From contig OX442314.1 of the NCBI GenBank assembly GCA_949358305.1, forward strand, positions 4,836,001 to 4,900,000: DNA of 64,000 nt, in the 5' to 3' direction. A program made the position numbers and the translations under genes. Below are positions 1 to 12,585 of the stretch, one piece after another. The notes under the pieces are model-generated. The model was not told the origin of the DNA. It ran no database searches and saw only the letters and a list, made by a program, of their open reading frames with translations. This stretch comes from Strigamia acuminata (lineage: Eukaryota). Each line of letters begins with the position of its first letter. The stretch's first letter is position 1.

Positions 1-1383
1 GGAAAACGTTCTTCTTCACATTTTAGGTCTAAAATGTGTCCAAAAACGTTTTTTCTTTCTGATTTTAAGTATAAAATGTGTCTAAAAACATTTTTTTTTC
101 AAATTTTAAGTCTAAAATATTTAGAAAACGTTTTTCTTCATATTTTTCACATTTTAGGTCTAAAATATATCTAAAAACGTTTTTTCTTTCAGATTTTAAC
201 TCTAAAATGTTTTCTTCTTTTGCTACTAGGTTTAAATTGAGGAATAAATGTCAAACTAAAAATAATTTTACAAATTTTAGGCTTAAAAAAATTTCCCACT
301 TATAATTTCAGGCTTGAAGTCTAAAATTTTATCTAAACAAGTAAACTTTCTGTTTTTTTTCCGCATTTTCAATCTCCATTCACAAAACACCATCAAACAG
401 AAACCACAATATTTTTATTACTATTTCTCCCACCAGACCCAAAATGGCCGCCACAAAAACACAAAAAAATCACACAAAACAAACTCCAAATTACCCTTGA
501 AACCCCCAAAAATCCCACCAAAAAACGACCAAAATAAAAAAAAACACAAACACATTTTCAATTAAAACAATTTTTTAATTTTTTTAAATTTAAAAAAAAT
601 TGCATCGATTCGAAAAAATGGCCGCAGCCCATAAATCCGTTAATGAAATTTTCAGCGTGCACAGCCAGTCAGTTGAGTCGGTATTTAAATTCTGCACCGT
701 CGTTGCTGGCGATGCAATCTGCATTGATTTACACGCATTTCAATTGGGAGGCATTTGTTTATTTGAGCGTCGGTTTAATTCGCTCGATTTGATTAGAAGA
801 GGGCGCTGACAAATGAATTCGAACGAGTAATGGCGGATTTATTAAAACTCGCATCTCGGGAGACGACGAGTTATGGAAACATAAATCCCCATCCACGCAC
901 CCACACACACTCGACGAACCCTCATAACGAACCAACGTTCCATTCACGTCTCCACAGATGTCGCTCAACTCGCATCAACTTCCTAATTGAACGAAACGAC
1001 CAAGATCCCGCCCGGGTGTCAACAAAACGCGTTTTGCAACCTTTAAAACTCGTTTTACATTGTACCACTCACGCAAAAAAATTATTTTATGTTGTTATAT
1101 ATATTTTTTTTATTTGTCACATTTGTAATAATGAGGTAGAGTTGGATTAATTATCAACATTTCGCTGCTTATGTGAGCATGAAAACGCGCGTGCGCCGTG
1201 TGGTCGAGGCAGCTGGTGGAAAAGGCGAATAAATCATGGTAATTTTAATATGTTTGAAATGCTCTGCGGATTGACGAGATGTGCGAAATTATTCTTTCAA
1301 ACATGAAAGAACATCAACATTTTAAACTATAGAACCATAAAAAATGTTTTAAAAAATATGAAAAAATGACATTTGTCCGTCGT

Positions 1384-1477
1384 CCTAACCTAACCTAAAC
1401 CTAACCTAACCTAACCTAACCTAACCTAACTTTAACTTAACCTAACCTAACCTAACCTAACCTAACTTAACCTAACC
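1384..1477. repeat. Interstitial (CCTAA)n telomere-like repeat
   Basis: Direct reading. Further short tracts at ~2549-2568, 3084-3177 and 50909-50966. Confidence 0.9.
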
Positions 1478-1512
1478 GACCGGTCGAAAAACTGTTTTAA
1501 GATCTTTGTATG

Positions 1513-1570
1513 TAGACCTCGGATATTTATGTAAAATAAAATTCGTTTTATGCACATAAAATATGCACTA
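1513..1570 (+). repeat. Transposon-end-like dispersed repeat, inverted copy at ~39481-39540
   Basis: TAGACCTCGGATATTTATGTAAAATAAAATTCG... compared with the reverse complement TAGACCCCAGATATATATGCAAAATAAATTTCG... Confidence 0.6.
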
Positions 1571-1761
1571 AAAAGTCTATTTTATGCAGAATAGAAATAA
1601 AAATATGCGGAATAAAAAAATTTATTCGAGTGAAATCGGGTGTTAAATAACAACTTGATGCCATTTCAAAGTGTTCGTGATGTAAATGAATTATAATTAG
1701 TCATTACCAGTACGATTAATTTTTTTCTATTTTTTTTATTTTTTTATTTCTTAAAAATTTT

Positions 1762-1824
1762 TCCAGACACTAATTTAGGGACTTCCCCTGGTGTCTGTTT
1801 TTGGCGAAGTCCTCAGTTTTCCGA
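1762..1824 (+). repeat. Dispersed repeat, second copy at 40029-40091
   Basis: TCCAGACACTAATTTAG(G/T)GACTTCCCCTGGTGTC(T/A)GTTTTTGGCGAAGTCCTCAGTTTTCCGA, two mismatches. Confidence 0.85.
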
Positions 1825-4021
1825 TGGAGTCAGAACACTCCGATAACGGTTTCATTAAAATACAATTCTATAATCTTGTGATTTTGTATTAATCACGAAA
1901 CCAATCATTTTTGATGCCTTCGAATTCAATAAAGGGATTTTGCATTTGTTTGCAATGCATGCAGGGAGTGTCGTCTAGCGCGACACTATCTACCGCGACA
2001 TGAATATAACGCGACATGAGAAACTACGACTACGTGTATTTTGGGTTTTTCTTTTTCTAATCTCTAAGAAAATTAAATTTTATTTTATTTATTCATTTAT
2101 TTTATTTAATTCTGGAATCTGCAATTTAAAAAATCAAATAAAAATTGTGCATTTTCACTTAAATTCAGAAGCAAAATTATTTACAGAGTATTTATTTATT
2201 ATTCTCCATGTGGTTGACATGGTAGCCACGATGGTTTGCCCTGCAATGAGAATGCATTCTGGGTAGCATGACATTACAAGAGCTTAACTCTTTATAAACT
2301 AGTTGTTTAAATGTAGTGCGAACGGAGTATAACAGGGGTTTTTATAAGGGAAAAGTACCTGCCGCAAACTGTGTAGTGTAACCCACAGAGGGTTACCGGT
2401 ATTCTTATTCCAAAATGTTACAAGGGTATAGCCTGGATTTTAAAAATCTTTGGTCTAAACAGGTTTTGACTCGAAGTGTTGTTGATTTCTTGTTTCTACC
2501 ATATAAGATGTTTTATCGTCTAATTTAATTATATGTAAACATACGCTGCCTAACCTAACCTAACCTACCTCTTATCCGTCCTTACCTGACACAGCATTTT
2601 CTCCTGTCAATCGACACTTCCTTTTAGAAGAAAGTCTAAATTAAAAGGAGGATATGCAGAGTATTGTGATTATGCAAGTTTCCTTTTGTGATTGGCTATT
2701 TTGCTTCTGCCTGTCTCATTGATGCACCCTATAAAGAAGTATCTTTCCATTGAATGACTTGTGAAATGACTTGCAAATGATGCTCATGTGTTTAGAGTTC
2801 ATAAGAGATCCCAATTGTGACTTATATTTACTGCTGATGTTTATATTTTATATTTTAGATGAGTACTTTTAAAAGTGATGATGACTTAATTTTTCCTACA
2901 TGAGTGAGCTGCAATCCTTTACATTTAACGTAAGATGACTATACGGTAAGATAAGTTAACGACGGTGCTCTACAACTTTGTAATTGGAAATTTTGCCGCA
3001 TCTTCGACCGTTTAAAAAGTATGAAATGGTTGACCTTCAAGATGACCTTCCTATTCGACCGCATTATTAGAATGAATATAAACCAACCTAACCTAACCTA
3101 AATCTAAACCTAACCTAAACCTAACCTAACCTAACCTAAACCTAACCTAAACCTAACCTAACCTAACCTAACCTAACAAGGTGTTTCCAGAGTTTATATT
3201 AATTGATTGTTATGCTATTGTAGTGTTGCTATGATAACGTGTATTGTTAACAATATGCTTCTGTGTATTTCTGATGACCGGCCTATTAAATTCTAATGTG
3301 TTCAGTATTTGATGATTTGGTACTAACTTTACCTAATGTAAATGTGTCTTTAACAAGTCTAAGTCATCTGTTATTAACAAGAGAATTGAGAATTATTTAG
3401 ATTTATACTGAGAAATTGCAGACTAAATGCTTTTGATTGTGTGATTAAGATCGTCATGGTAACAGGCAGCATGTTTGCTGTGTTTGTCGCGTGCTGCCAG
3501 TTCCCGCGGTGCACAATCCTCTGCAACTGACGGCTACCGTGCCAAATATTTGCATTGCAAGCGCCAGCACCAACACACACTCGCCCCCTTTCTCTTTCGA
3601 CTCTTTTCTAACCCGTTGCGCATGCGCATCCAATTTTAACACGTGAAAAAAAAATTCCCTTCTTCATCTCTGCTTACACCCGGATGGATGGAAATTTTAA
3701 TATGAAGCGAAGTGTCCAAAGCGCGTGAAACCCGAGCGTGCGAATCACGAAAACCAGAAACGAAAAATGTATATAAAATAATTCAAATTGGAGCACGTGC
3801 TGTCCACACAGGGGCGCCCATATTTCTAGCCCAAAAGGATATCAGCAAGCAAATGCACCCATTTGAAATGAGTACATAAAATAAACAACTTAATCTCATT
3901 ACAATTTTAATTTTTACGTTATCGAACATTACACACTTTTATTTAGTGATTTAAATCAGTTTTCGACTTTGTAACAAGTGTAATGATGGATTGCATGTGA
4001 CATAACTATGTTAGGACATAC

Positions 4022-4540
4022 ACCTAACCTTAACCTAACCTTAACCTAACCTAAACCTAACCTTAACCTAACCTAAACCTAACCTAAACCTAACCTTAAC
4101 CTAACCTAATTTAGACCTAATCTTAACCTAACCTAACCTAAACCTAACTTAAACCTAACCTTAACCAAATAGTTTAGTGTTAGGTTAGGTTAAGGTTAGA
4201 TTTAGATTAGGTTAGGTTTAGGTTAAGGTTAGGTTTAGGTTAAGGTTAGGTTTAGGTTAAGGTTAGGTTTAGGTTAAGGTTAGGTTTAGGTTAAGGTTAG
4301 GTTTAGGTTAAGGTTAGGTTTAGGTTAAGGTTTGGTTTAGGTTAAGGTTAGGTTTAGGTTAAGGTTAGGTTTAGGTAAAGTTAGGTTTAGGTTAAGATTA
4401 GGTTTAGTTTAGGTTATGTTTAGGTTATGTTTAGGTTATGTTTAGGTTAGGTTAGGTTTAGTTTAGGTTTAGGTTAGTTTTAGGTTAGATTTAGGTTAGG
4501 TTTAGGTTAGGTTTAGGTTAGGTTTAGGTTAGGTTGGTTT
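4022..4540. repeat. Inverted telomere-like array: CCTAA-type tract then TTAGG-type tract
   Basis: 4022-4167 is C-rich and 4178-4540 is G-rich; both mix 5- and 6-nt variants. Confidence 0.9.
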
Positions 4541-4984
4541 ATGCAGCGCCAATACAGGATTTTCATACATCGAGAAATCGCATAATTGGTGCAATTAACA
4601 CTGTAATACCTGCAATGTTACATGATACCCGGCAAGAATTGAAATATGCTGATTGGATATTTTAATAGCAACTCAATGGCGCCCATGTTGGAAAATTCAT
4701 ATATAAAATATTATACTTCGTACTTTTCATTCAAAAATTAAAATTTCCATAAAATTAAATTCTATAGATGAAAATTAAGACTTATCGAGTCTCTATTCAA
4801 GATAAAAATATCTAGACGCAGCCAGCACTAACCGTTTATTTTATATACTCACTTCAAATGGGGTTTAGCAGACCCATGACATAAGATGATGTCATTATGT
4901 GAACTCGTTAGACCACCCGGGCCGCGGGTTAATGATTGACGTGACCCTCACCAGGTAACGGAACGCCTCCACACGGTCGGGGGT

Positions 4985-6804
4985 TGGAGTATCTCGTACT
5001 CCATTTTTGTTTATGATAATTTATGACGCTGCCGATTGCAGCGCCACCTACGTGGTCACTCGATTAAAAACACACTTATGCAAACAAGCCCACTCAACAT
5101 GGTCGTCTTCTAGTCCGTGCTTTCCAATCCAACACCATCACAAAACAATCCAGCTGAATCCATTACAAGAACACATAAAATGGCGACGAGGATGCGATCA
5201 CAATCCATCGCACTACACTGAAACCACCTCCATGCAAGTTTTTCCGAGCCTTTTGGAACCCTTCACCGATTTTCACACCACCACGTGTTAGGCCTGCGAT
5301 CATTGTCTTCGTGTCGATCGTTTTTCACCGTTTTTCGCTTCAACATGGCTACAACCGCAGTTTTCCACGAATTCAATCCAGCAGGCGATTGGGAGCTCTA
5401 CATTGAACGGATGGAGGCGTTTTTCGGATACCATGACATCGTGGACGACAAAAAAAAGGTTAATTTGCTAATTTCGTGCGTTGGAGACGACAACTATAAA
5501 TGCATGTCCGACCTTGCAAATCCAAAGAAACCAAGCGCCATGACTTTCGCTGAGCTGAACGCATTGATGACCAAACATGCACGGCCCAAACCCATGATGT
5601 TGGCCGAACGAAATCGTTTTCAGCGGCGAAATCAAGGACCGACCGAGTCAATTGCCGACTTTGCTTTGGCTCTCCAGGCGCTTGCGAAGTCGTGTGATTA
5701 CGCAGATAACCTATCCAACACTCTCCGGGATCGTTTCGTGTGCGGTTTGCGTCATGAACGTATAATATCAACGCTTGTCCATCTGGCAGATATTTCCTTC
5801 GATAATGTCTACAAACACGCCATCTCCATGGAGCAGACGTTGACAGAGGTTCCGAATTTCCACCCAGGAACCAAAACTGAAGTGCACAAAGTCGGCAACA
5901 CCGAGAAGTCGCACGGCAACGGCAATCGTGCCTACACCAAATCCCGTAATTCGACAAACGCAGAAGCGACGCACCAGCCATCGGGCAACACCCAAGCGTC
6001 TGGCAGCGGCCCACAATGCGCTTCGTGCGGAGGAACGGACCACCGACGTGATGACTGCACGCATCGATACGCAACCTGTTACGGCTGCGGAAAAAAAGGC
6101 CACATCAAGTCCGCTTGCATGTCCGCCGGCAGACCCGCTACTGCTACTCCACAACCAGTCCACTACCAATCCACCGAGCCTCCTTTGGAGCTCGCATTTT
6201 ATTAATTCCACTCCGGAAACACTCCAAATCATCGGAGTGGGGGGAGAATCTCCACGATTTTCCCTTCCCCCCATTTCAAACTTTCATGTGCGTTCCCGCT
6301 TCCACGCCGCGCATTCCGGCTATCGTTCCACACGTTCCTGCTACTGTTCTACACGTTTCGGCCATCGTTCCATACGTTCCGGCTTCCATTTCCGCATCCA
6401 GCATCCGCTCAACCGCATCAGCATCCGCAAATGTTATAATTTAGTAAATCCTTTTTTTATGTAAAAATTCCTTCCACTTTTATTTGTTTTTATTACATGT
6501 TTAATCTTCCATCTTTTTAAATTGTTTATTGTTAATATATTACATTCCATGTCTTATTTCAACTTTCAATGTTTTAATTGTTTACCCTTGTTTCACAATT
6601 GGGGGAATGATGGAGTATCTCGTACTCCATTTTTGTTTATGATAATTTATGACGCTGCCGATTGCAGCGCCACCTACGTGGTCACTCGATTAAAAACACA
6701 CTTATGCAAACAAGCCCACTCAACATGGTCGTCTTCTAGTCCGTGCTTTCCAATCCAACACCATCACAAAACAATCCAGCTGAATCCATTACAAGAACAC
6801 ATAA
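4985..6804 (+). mobile_element. Non-autonomous gag-only Ty3/Gypsy (Mag-like) LTR retroelement
   Basis: Two identical 194-bp direct repeats (4985-5178, 6611-6804). GGGGT is duplicated on both flanks (4980-4984, 6805-6809). PBS TGGCGACGAGGATG at 5181-5194 is complementary to the 3' end of tRNA-Ser(GCU). PPT GGGGGAA at 6601-6607. Single gag ORF; no protease, RT, RNase H or integrase. Confidence 0.93.
5345..6205 (+). CDS. Gag (capsid plus two CCHC zinc knuckles), ~286 aa
   Basis: Open frame from ATG 5345: FNPAGDWELYIERMEAFF...AERNRFQRRNQGPTESIADFALALQALAKSCDY...LRDRFVCGL, typical of Mag-clade Gag. Knuckles CASCGGTDHRRDDC and CYGCGKKGHIKSAC. Confidence 0.92.
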   Translation: MATTAVFHEFNPAGDWELYIERMEAFFGYHDIVDDKKKVNLLISCVGDDNYKCMSDLANPKKPSAMTFAELNALMTKHARPKPMMLAERNRFQRRNQGPTESIADFALALQALAKSCDYADNLSNTLRDRFVCGLRHERIISTLVHLADISFDNVYKHAISMEQTLTEVPNFHPGTKTEVHKVGNTEKSHGNGNRAYTKSRNSTNAEATHQPSGNTQASGSGPQCASCGGTDHRRDDCTHRYATCYGCGKKGHIKSACMSAGRPATATPQPVHYQSTEPPLELAFY

Positions 6805-7479
6805 GGGGTCAACTTCCGTTTCTTTTTCATTTATAATTAATTTTTATTTTATTTTATTTTTTTTTTTTTTGGTATATTATGGTTTGTTCGTGTTCATTAG
6901 CGCCGTTTCACTTTGTCTTGTGTGACCGCAGAGTACGGTGCGCGTGCTAACTAAACTAATTCTGGCGTGAGCGATGACACGCGTGCGTGCGCGCGCACTC
7001 GGATGCGCTGCGCACACCGCAACGTGCCTCGAATAATTGGGTAGAAAGAAGAAGAGCAAATGTCGTAATGGGCGTACGACATTTGCTTAATTCAGATGAT
7101 TGGGACGATCGGTGATGGAGACACGAAATCTCGTTAGGCTCCCAATCATCGGGGTTGTGGACGAGTAAACTCGTGTTTATCACGTTCCGTCTCGTTTTGT
7201 GCAATATCTTGTTGTTTTTTTGCGTTTTTTTGATGGATATAATGTGTGGGGAATTGATTTGGGTTGGTTTTTATTGGTAAATGACGTTTTGGGGGTAGAA
7301 ATGTCGGTTAGAAAGGGGATTTTTGGGTTTTGGAGGTTTTTTGGGTTTGGACGGAGATTCGTCGATTTCTTGGCGGGACAATGTCGAGCTTCGCCCGCAT
7401 GGAGGTGCGATCACCGTAGATCTTTAAAGAGAATTTTTTTTCAATTAAAAAAAAAATATATTATTATAAAATTTTTGGA

Positions 7480-8150
7480 TTAATATTACTAAAACGGAAT
7501 TTTAACTGGAAAAATGTGGAAAGAAGTGTTTAAAAGATCTAAAAAATAGAATAAAAGTAATAGAAATTGCATTTTAGACCCCAAAATCGCTTCGAAATAC
7601 CAAAATATTGAAATTTAAAGCGAAAAAAAATATTTCCAATGTCTAAATCAATTCAATTTAGACAAATTTGAGTCTAAAATTGAAAAAACCCTTTAAAAAA
7701 TAATCTAAAACGAACAAAATTTGTATTTTAGACCCCACACCGCTTTAAAAAAATCAAAATATTGAACTTCAAACTCAAAAAAATTATCCCAAATAAATTT
7801 AGACATTCCAAAGTCTAAAAATGAATAAAAAAAACCTCTTAAAAGTCTAAAAGCAGTCTAAAACTAGCAAAAATTTCATTTTAGACCTCAAAACCGCTTT
7901 AAAATATCAAAATATTAAACCTTCAAACCCAAAAAAATTATCCCAAAGCCTAAATAAACTAAATTTAGACATTCCAAAGTCTAAAAATGAATAAAAAACC
8001 TCTTAAAACTCTAAAAATACTCTAAAACTACCAAAAATTTCATTTTAGACCCCAAAACCGCTTTAAAATATCAAAAAATTGAAAAACAAAGCAAAAAAAA
8101 AATCCCAAAGCCTAAAATCAACCAAATTTAGACATTTACAAGTCTAAAAC
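7480..8150. repeat. Degenerate ~170-bp tandem repeat
   Basis: Recurring TTTTAGACCCCAAAACCGCTTTAAAATATCAAAA and AATTTAGACATTCCAAAGTCTAAAA blocks. Confidence 0.75.
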
Positions 8151-8879
8151 CCAATTAAAAATATTGTTTACGGTTTGGGTGTTCGTGGGACACGTATAAA
8201 TCGGGTCATTGTGAAGAGAGAGAAGAGAAGAGAAGAGAAGCGAGGAGAGGAGAGCGAGTCGTCTTGTCCTATTCATCTATTCATCGCTTTGTGTCTTTTC
8301 AGTTCAGGTACGAACTCGGGGTCAGCAGATTGCGGGTTTTGCGTTTAAAATGGGAGGGAGTCGTCAAGCCCACACTCAATTTAGTGTTTACCGTGTGCCA
8401 TTTTTCATTATCATTTAATATTTATGTTATTTGAGGTGTTGCGAGTGCGTTTTTATTTCTATTTTGGCTGTATTGAACGGCGCGAACGAACAAATGACTC
8501 ATTTGCACGTCGCGCGGTGTGCTCGGCGCGAGCGAGGAAATAATTTCCGTTTTTCGAATCGCGTTAATTACACTTCGATTGCACGTCATTACACTTGGCA
8601 CGTCTCGTGTTTTAGCAAAATCAATTGTTTGCAGCGTTGGGGAGACATTTTGTGAAACAATAGGACGGATTTGAGAAATTGATGTATGGAAATGAGGCCG
8701 AAATGTTGAAATTCAAACGGGAGAAAATTTAGGCCTAATTTGTTAAATTTGGTTTCTGTGAATTTAATAAGCCAAATTAAAATGCAGTTTTTTGTGGTAA
8801 TATTCGGTGATTTCGGTGTTGTTAAATGGTAAATTAATTTTTCTGTTTTGTTTCGACTGTTGAATGATTTAAAAATACA

Positions 8880-9660
8880 CAGTTTTAGGCCTTAAAATCG
8901 CATTAAAATGTTGAAATGTTGGAATTGAAAAGGGGAAATACATTTTTAATGCACAAAGTTGGTAAAACGGTGTTTTAACACGAAAAGGGTCTAAAAAAAA
9001 GAAGAAAGTAATCCATACCGTAAAACAAAAAAAAGAGCATTTTTAGCCACAAAATCGCTTTAGAATGTTCGAAAAGTTAAAATTTAAAGCAAAATGCAAA
9101 ATGCACAAAATTACTAAAATATCGTTTTAACATGAAAAAGGTCTAAAACTAAAAAAAAATGCATTTTAGACCACAAAACCGCTTTAAAATGTCGAAAAGT
9201 TAAAATTTAAAACAAAACAAAAAAATATTTTTAATGCACAAAATTACTAAAACCTCGTTTTAACACGAAAAAGGTCTAAAACTGAAAAAAAAAATGCATT
9301 TCAGATCACAAAATCGCTTTAAATTTTCAAAAAGTTAAAATTTAAAACAAAAAAAAATATTTTTAATGCACAAAATTACTAAAACGTTGTTTTAAAACAA
9401 AAAAGGTCGAAAACTGAAAAAAAAAAATGCATTTTAGACCACAAAATCGCTTTAAATTTTCAAAAACTTAAAATTTAAAACAAAAAAAAAATATTTTTAA
9501 TGCACAAAATTACTAAAACGTCGTTTTAACACGGAAAAGGTCTAAAACCGAAAAAAAATGCATTTTAGACCACAAAATCGCTTTAGAATGTCGAAAAGTT
9601 AAAACTTAAAGCAAAATCCAAAATACAAAACACACAAAACAACTAAAACGTCGTTTTAAA
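8880..9660. repeat. ~120-bp tandem repeat
   Basis: Recurring GCATTTTAGACCACAAAATCGCTTTA...GCACAAAATTACTAAAAC. Confidence 0.85.
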
Positions 9661-10554
9661 CACGTTTCCACTTCGATATATACATTTTCCACCACAACAA
9701 ATAACAATTTCCAACCAAAACAAATCCCCACCACCCAATTAAAATTTAATCAAACCTAATTAAAAAAAAAAAAAAAAAAATTAAATTTTAAAATTAATCC
9801 CACGCGCCATATCACCTAACGCCATTTTTAATTACACAAACCAACATCCCCAGCTAATTGCACCTCTCCCTGCTAATTACCTCCCTCATTTACACCAATT
9901 AGACGCCATTTTATGCAAATTTCCAAAAAAAAATTAATAAAAATTTCTAAAAATTTTTTTTTTTTTGTGTTAGAATAGAAATCGTAATTTTCTCGTTTTG
10001 CGCGTCTTGTGATCAAGTGGCGTTGAATTGGGATCCCGTCTGCCGTTTTATCGCGCAAATGGGAAAAAAGATGGAATAGTTGAATTGGCACGCCATGCAA
10101 CGCCAGGCCAGGCCAGGCGTTGCTGAGCTAATCACCAATGAGATGGCGCCACGCTCGGTCGCCGCCCAATGGCGCCTAATTGGTGGCCGGGGTCTAATGG
10201 GCCCGAGCCGGGCGTCCAATGAGGGCGCGGGCGGGGTGCGTCAGCTGGGGCGCGCGCGCAACTCATCAGCGCGGCTCCCTCCACTCCTCGTCCCCTCCAC
10301 CAAATTACTAATCCGGGACAATGAAGGCGGTCGTCCAATCAGCGCCAATTACCCGTCGCTGGCTCGTCTTCACGCACCCCTGCACACAAACGAGGATTGA
10401 ACTCAACTGAACTGACCGGCGACCGAATCAAATGTGATTAGACGAAGGCGCAGACGCAACTTCAATCATTCCGGAAAACGAGAATGATCGATGGACAAAA
10501 AAATTAAATGAAAAGAAATGATAAAAAATTTGATAAAAAAACATTTTTTTTTTT

Positions 10555-11170
10555 AAGACGGGAATTTTGTGTTTTGGTCGTTTTGTGTTAATAAGACGAG
10601 GAAAAAAAGTTTGTTTGGTTATTTTTTTGTTTTTAATTTTTTTTAAGATGGAAATTTTGTGTTTTAGGCGTTTTGTGGTCGTTTCGTGTTAATAAGACGA
10701 GGAAAAAAAGTTTGTTTGGTTGTTTTTTTTATTTTTTTTATTTTTTTAGGATGGAAATTTTGTGTTTTAGGCGTTTTGTGGTCGTTTCATGTTAATAAGA
10801 CGAGGATGTTAGGAAAAAATAAAAAAGTTTGTTTGGTTATTTTTTTATTTTTTTTTTATTTTTTTTAAGACGGAAATTTTGTGTTTTAGGCGATTTGTGG
10901 TCGTTTCGTGTTAATAAGACGAGGATGTTAGGAAAAAATAAAAAGGTTTGTTTAGTTATTATTTTTATTTTATTTTTTTTTTTAGCTTTTTAAGATGGAA
11001 ATTTTGTGTTTTAGGCGTTTTGAGGTCGTTTCGTGTTAGTAAGACGAGGATGTTAGGAAAAAATAAAAAAGTTTGTTTAGTTATTTTTTTATTTTTTTTA
11101 TTTTTTTTTCAAGACGGAAATTTTGTGTTTTAGGCGGTTTGTGGTCGTTTCGTGTTAATAAGACGATTTT
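10555..11170. repeat. ~90-125-bp tandem repeat (about 6 copies)
   Basis: Recurring GGAAATTTTGTGTTTTAGGCGTTTTGTGGTCGTTTCGTGTTAATAAGACGAGG. Confidence 0.9.
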
Positions 11171-11569
11171 GCGTGCACAAAATTGCGTTCTGCTGTTTAT
11201 AACACACTTTACAACGCGTTTTAACATATATTCTAAGTATACCTGTGCACTTAACTGATGTATAGAAGGTAAGCTTTATAGTATACAATCTCTAATAAAT
11301 AATGATAATGAATAATTTGCGGTGTTGATCATCTAAATAATTTCTGACTAATTAATTTCGAAAATATTTATTTTTATGTTTTATGTTTTAAACTAAATGA
11401 GATTGTTTTGGAAGTCATCGATTTCCCCGTTTTTATCTAAGAATGAAATGACTTCTGGGTAATGCGCGGGTGTCGATTAGACCGCAAGTATTTAATAAAG
11501 CGCGGGTGTGTTTGGTTTGCCGATAGTGCGCGGGTGCACTATGAGAGGATATCTGTCTGGATTTTACAA

Positions 11570-12325
11570 AATGGAGACGGGAACGGAAACCACATTCTAG
11601 AGAAACGGAAACGGAAGCCGAGACGTAACTCTAATTATTTAGATTTGAAGAAAAAACGGAAACAGAAAGTAGTTTTGAGGAGAAAAAAGTGAAACGGAGA
11701 CGGAAGCTAGAGTCTGATAAAAAGGGAAACAACAACAACAAAAAAATACACGGAAACGGAAACTAGTTTTTGAAAAAAACCGAAACGGAAGCAACTTTTT
11801 CATATAAAAAGAACGGAAACGAAACAAAACTTATAATAACAACAAAAAAATACACGGAAACGGAAGCTAGTTTATAAAAAAAAAACCAAAACGGAATTAA
11901 GTTTTTTATATAAAAAAAAACGGAAATGAAATCAAGATTTCTTATATAAAAAAAAGGAAAACGGAAGCTAGTTTAAAAAAAAACGGAAACGAAAGCAACT
12001 TTTTTATATAAAACAAAAACGGAAAAGGAAACTAAATTTAAAACAACAACAAAAAAAATTCACGGAAACGAAAGCTATTTTTAAAAATAAAACGGAAACG
12101 GAAGCAAGTTTTAAAAAAAACGGAAACGGAAACTAAACTAACAACAACAACAACAAAATACACGGAAACGGAAGCTAGTTCTTAAAAAAAAAACCGAAAC
12201 AAAAGCAACTTTTTTATATACAAATAAAAAAAAAACGGAAACGGAAACGAACCCAACATTTCTTACACAAAAAATAAACGAAAACGAAATCTAGTTCTTA
12301 AAAAAAAACGAAAACGAAATTTAGA
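11570..12325. repeat. Degenerate AAACGGAAACGGAAGC array
   Basis: Direct reading. Confidence 0.85.
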
Positions 12326-12585
12326 TCCCAAACAAATCAATGGCAGCAGCTCGATTTAAAAAAACCTCCCAAACGTAAACCAAACAAACAACACAAATCC
12401 AAAATCCGTCTCCCAAAAACCCCAACAACCTCCCACCAACCAACCAAACTTCCCACTCCATCTCCACACACCAGACACCAACAAAACCTCCCACACTAAC
12501 CCAAAAAACCCGAATAATTCAGCTCCAAGTGCTCGCAGCTCCAACACTCGTCACCTGGCATTTAAAGTGTCCAACGTCCACTTAC

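Noticed and set aside
5460..6464. Antisense and alternative-frame ORFs overlapping gag, considered as a frameshifted pol or accessory gene
   Set aside because: No protease, RT or integrase motifs. Expected by-product of GC-rich coding sequence.
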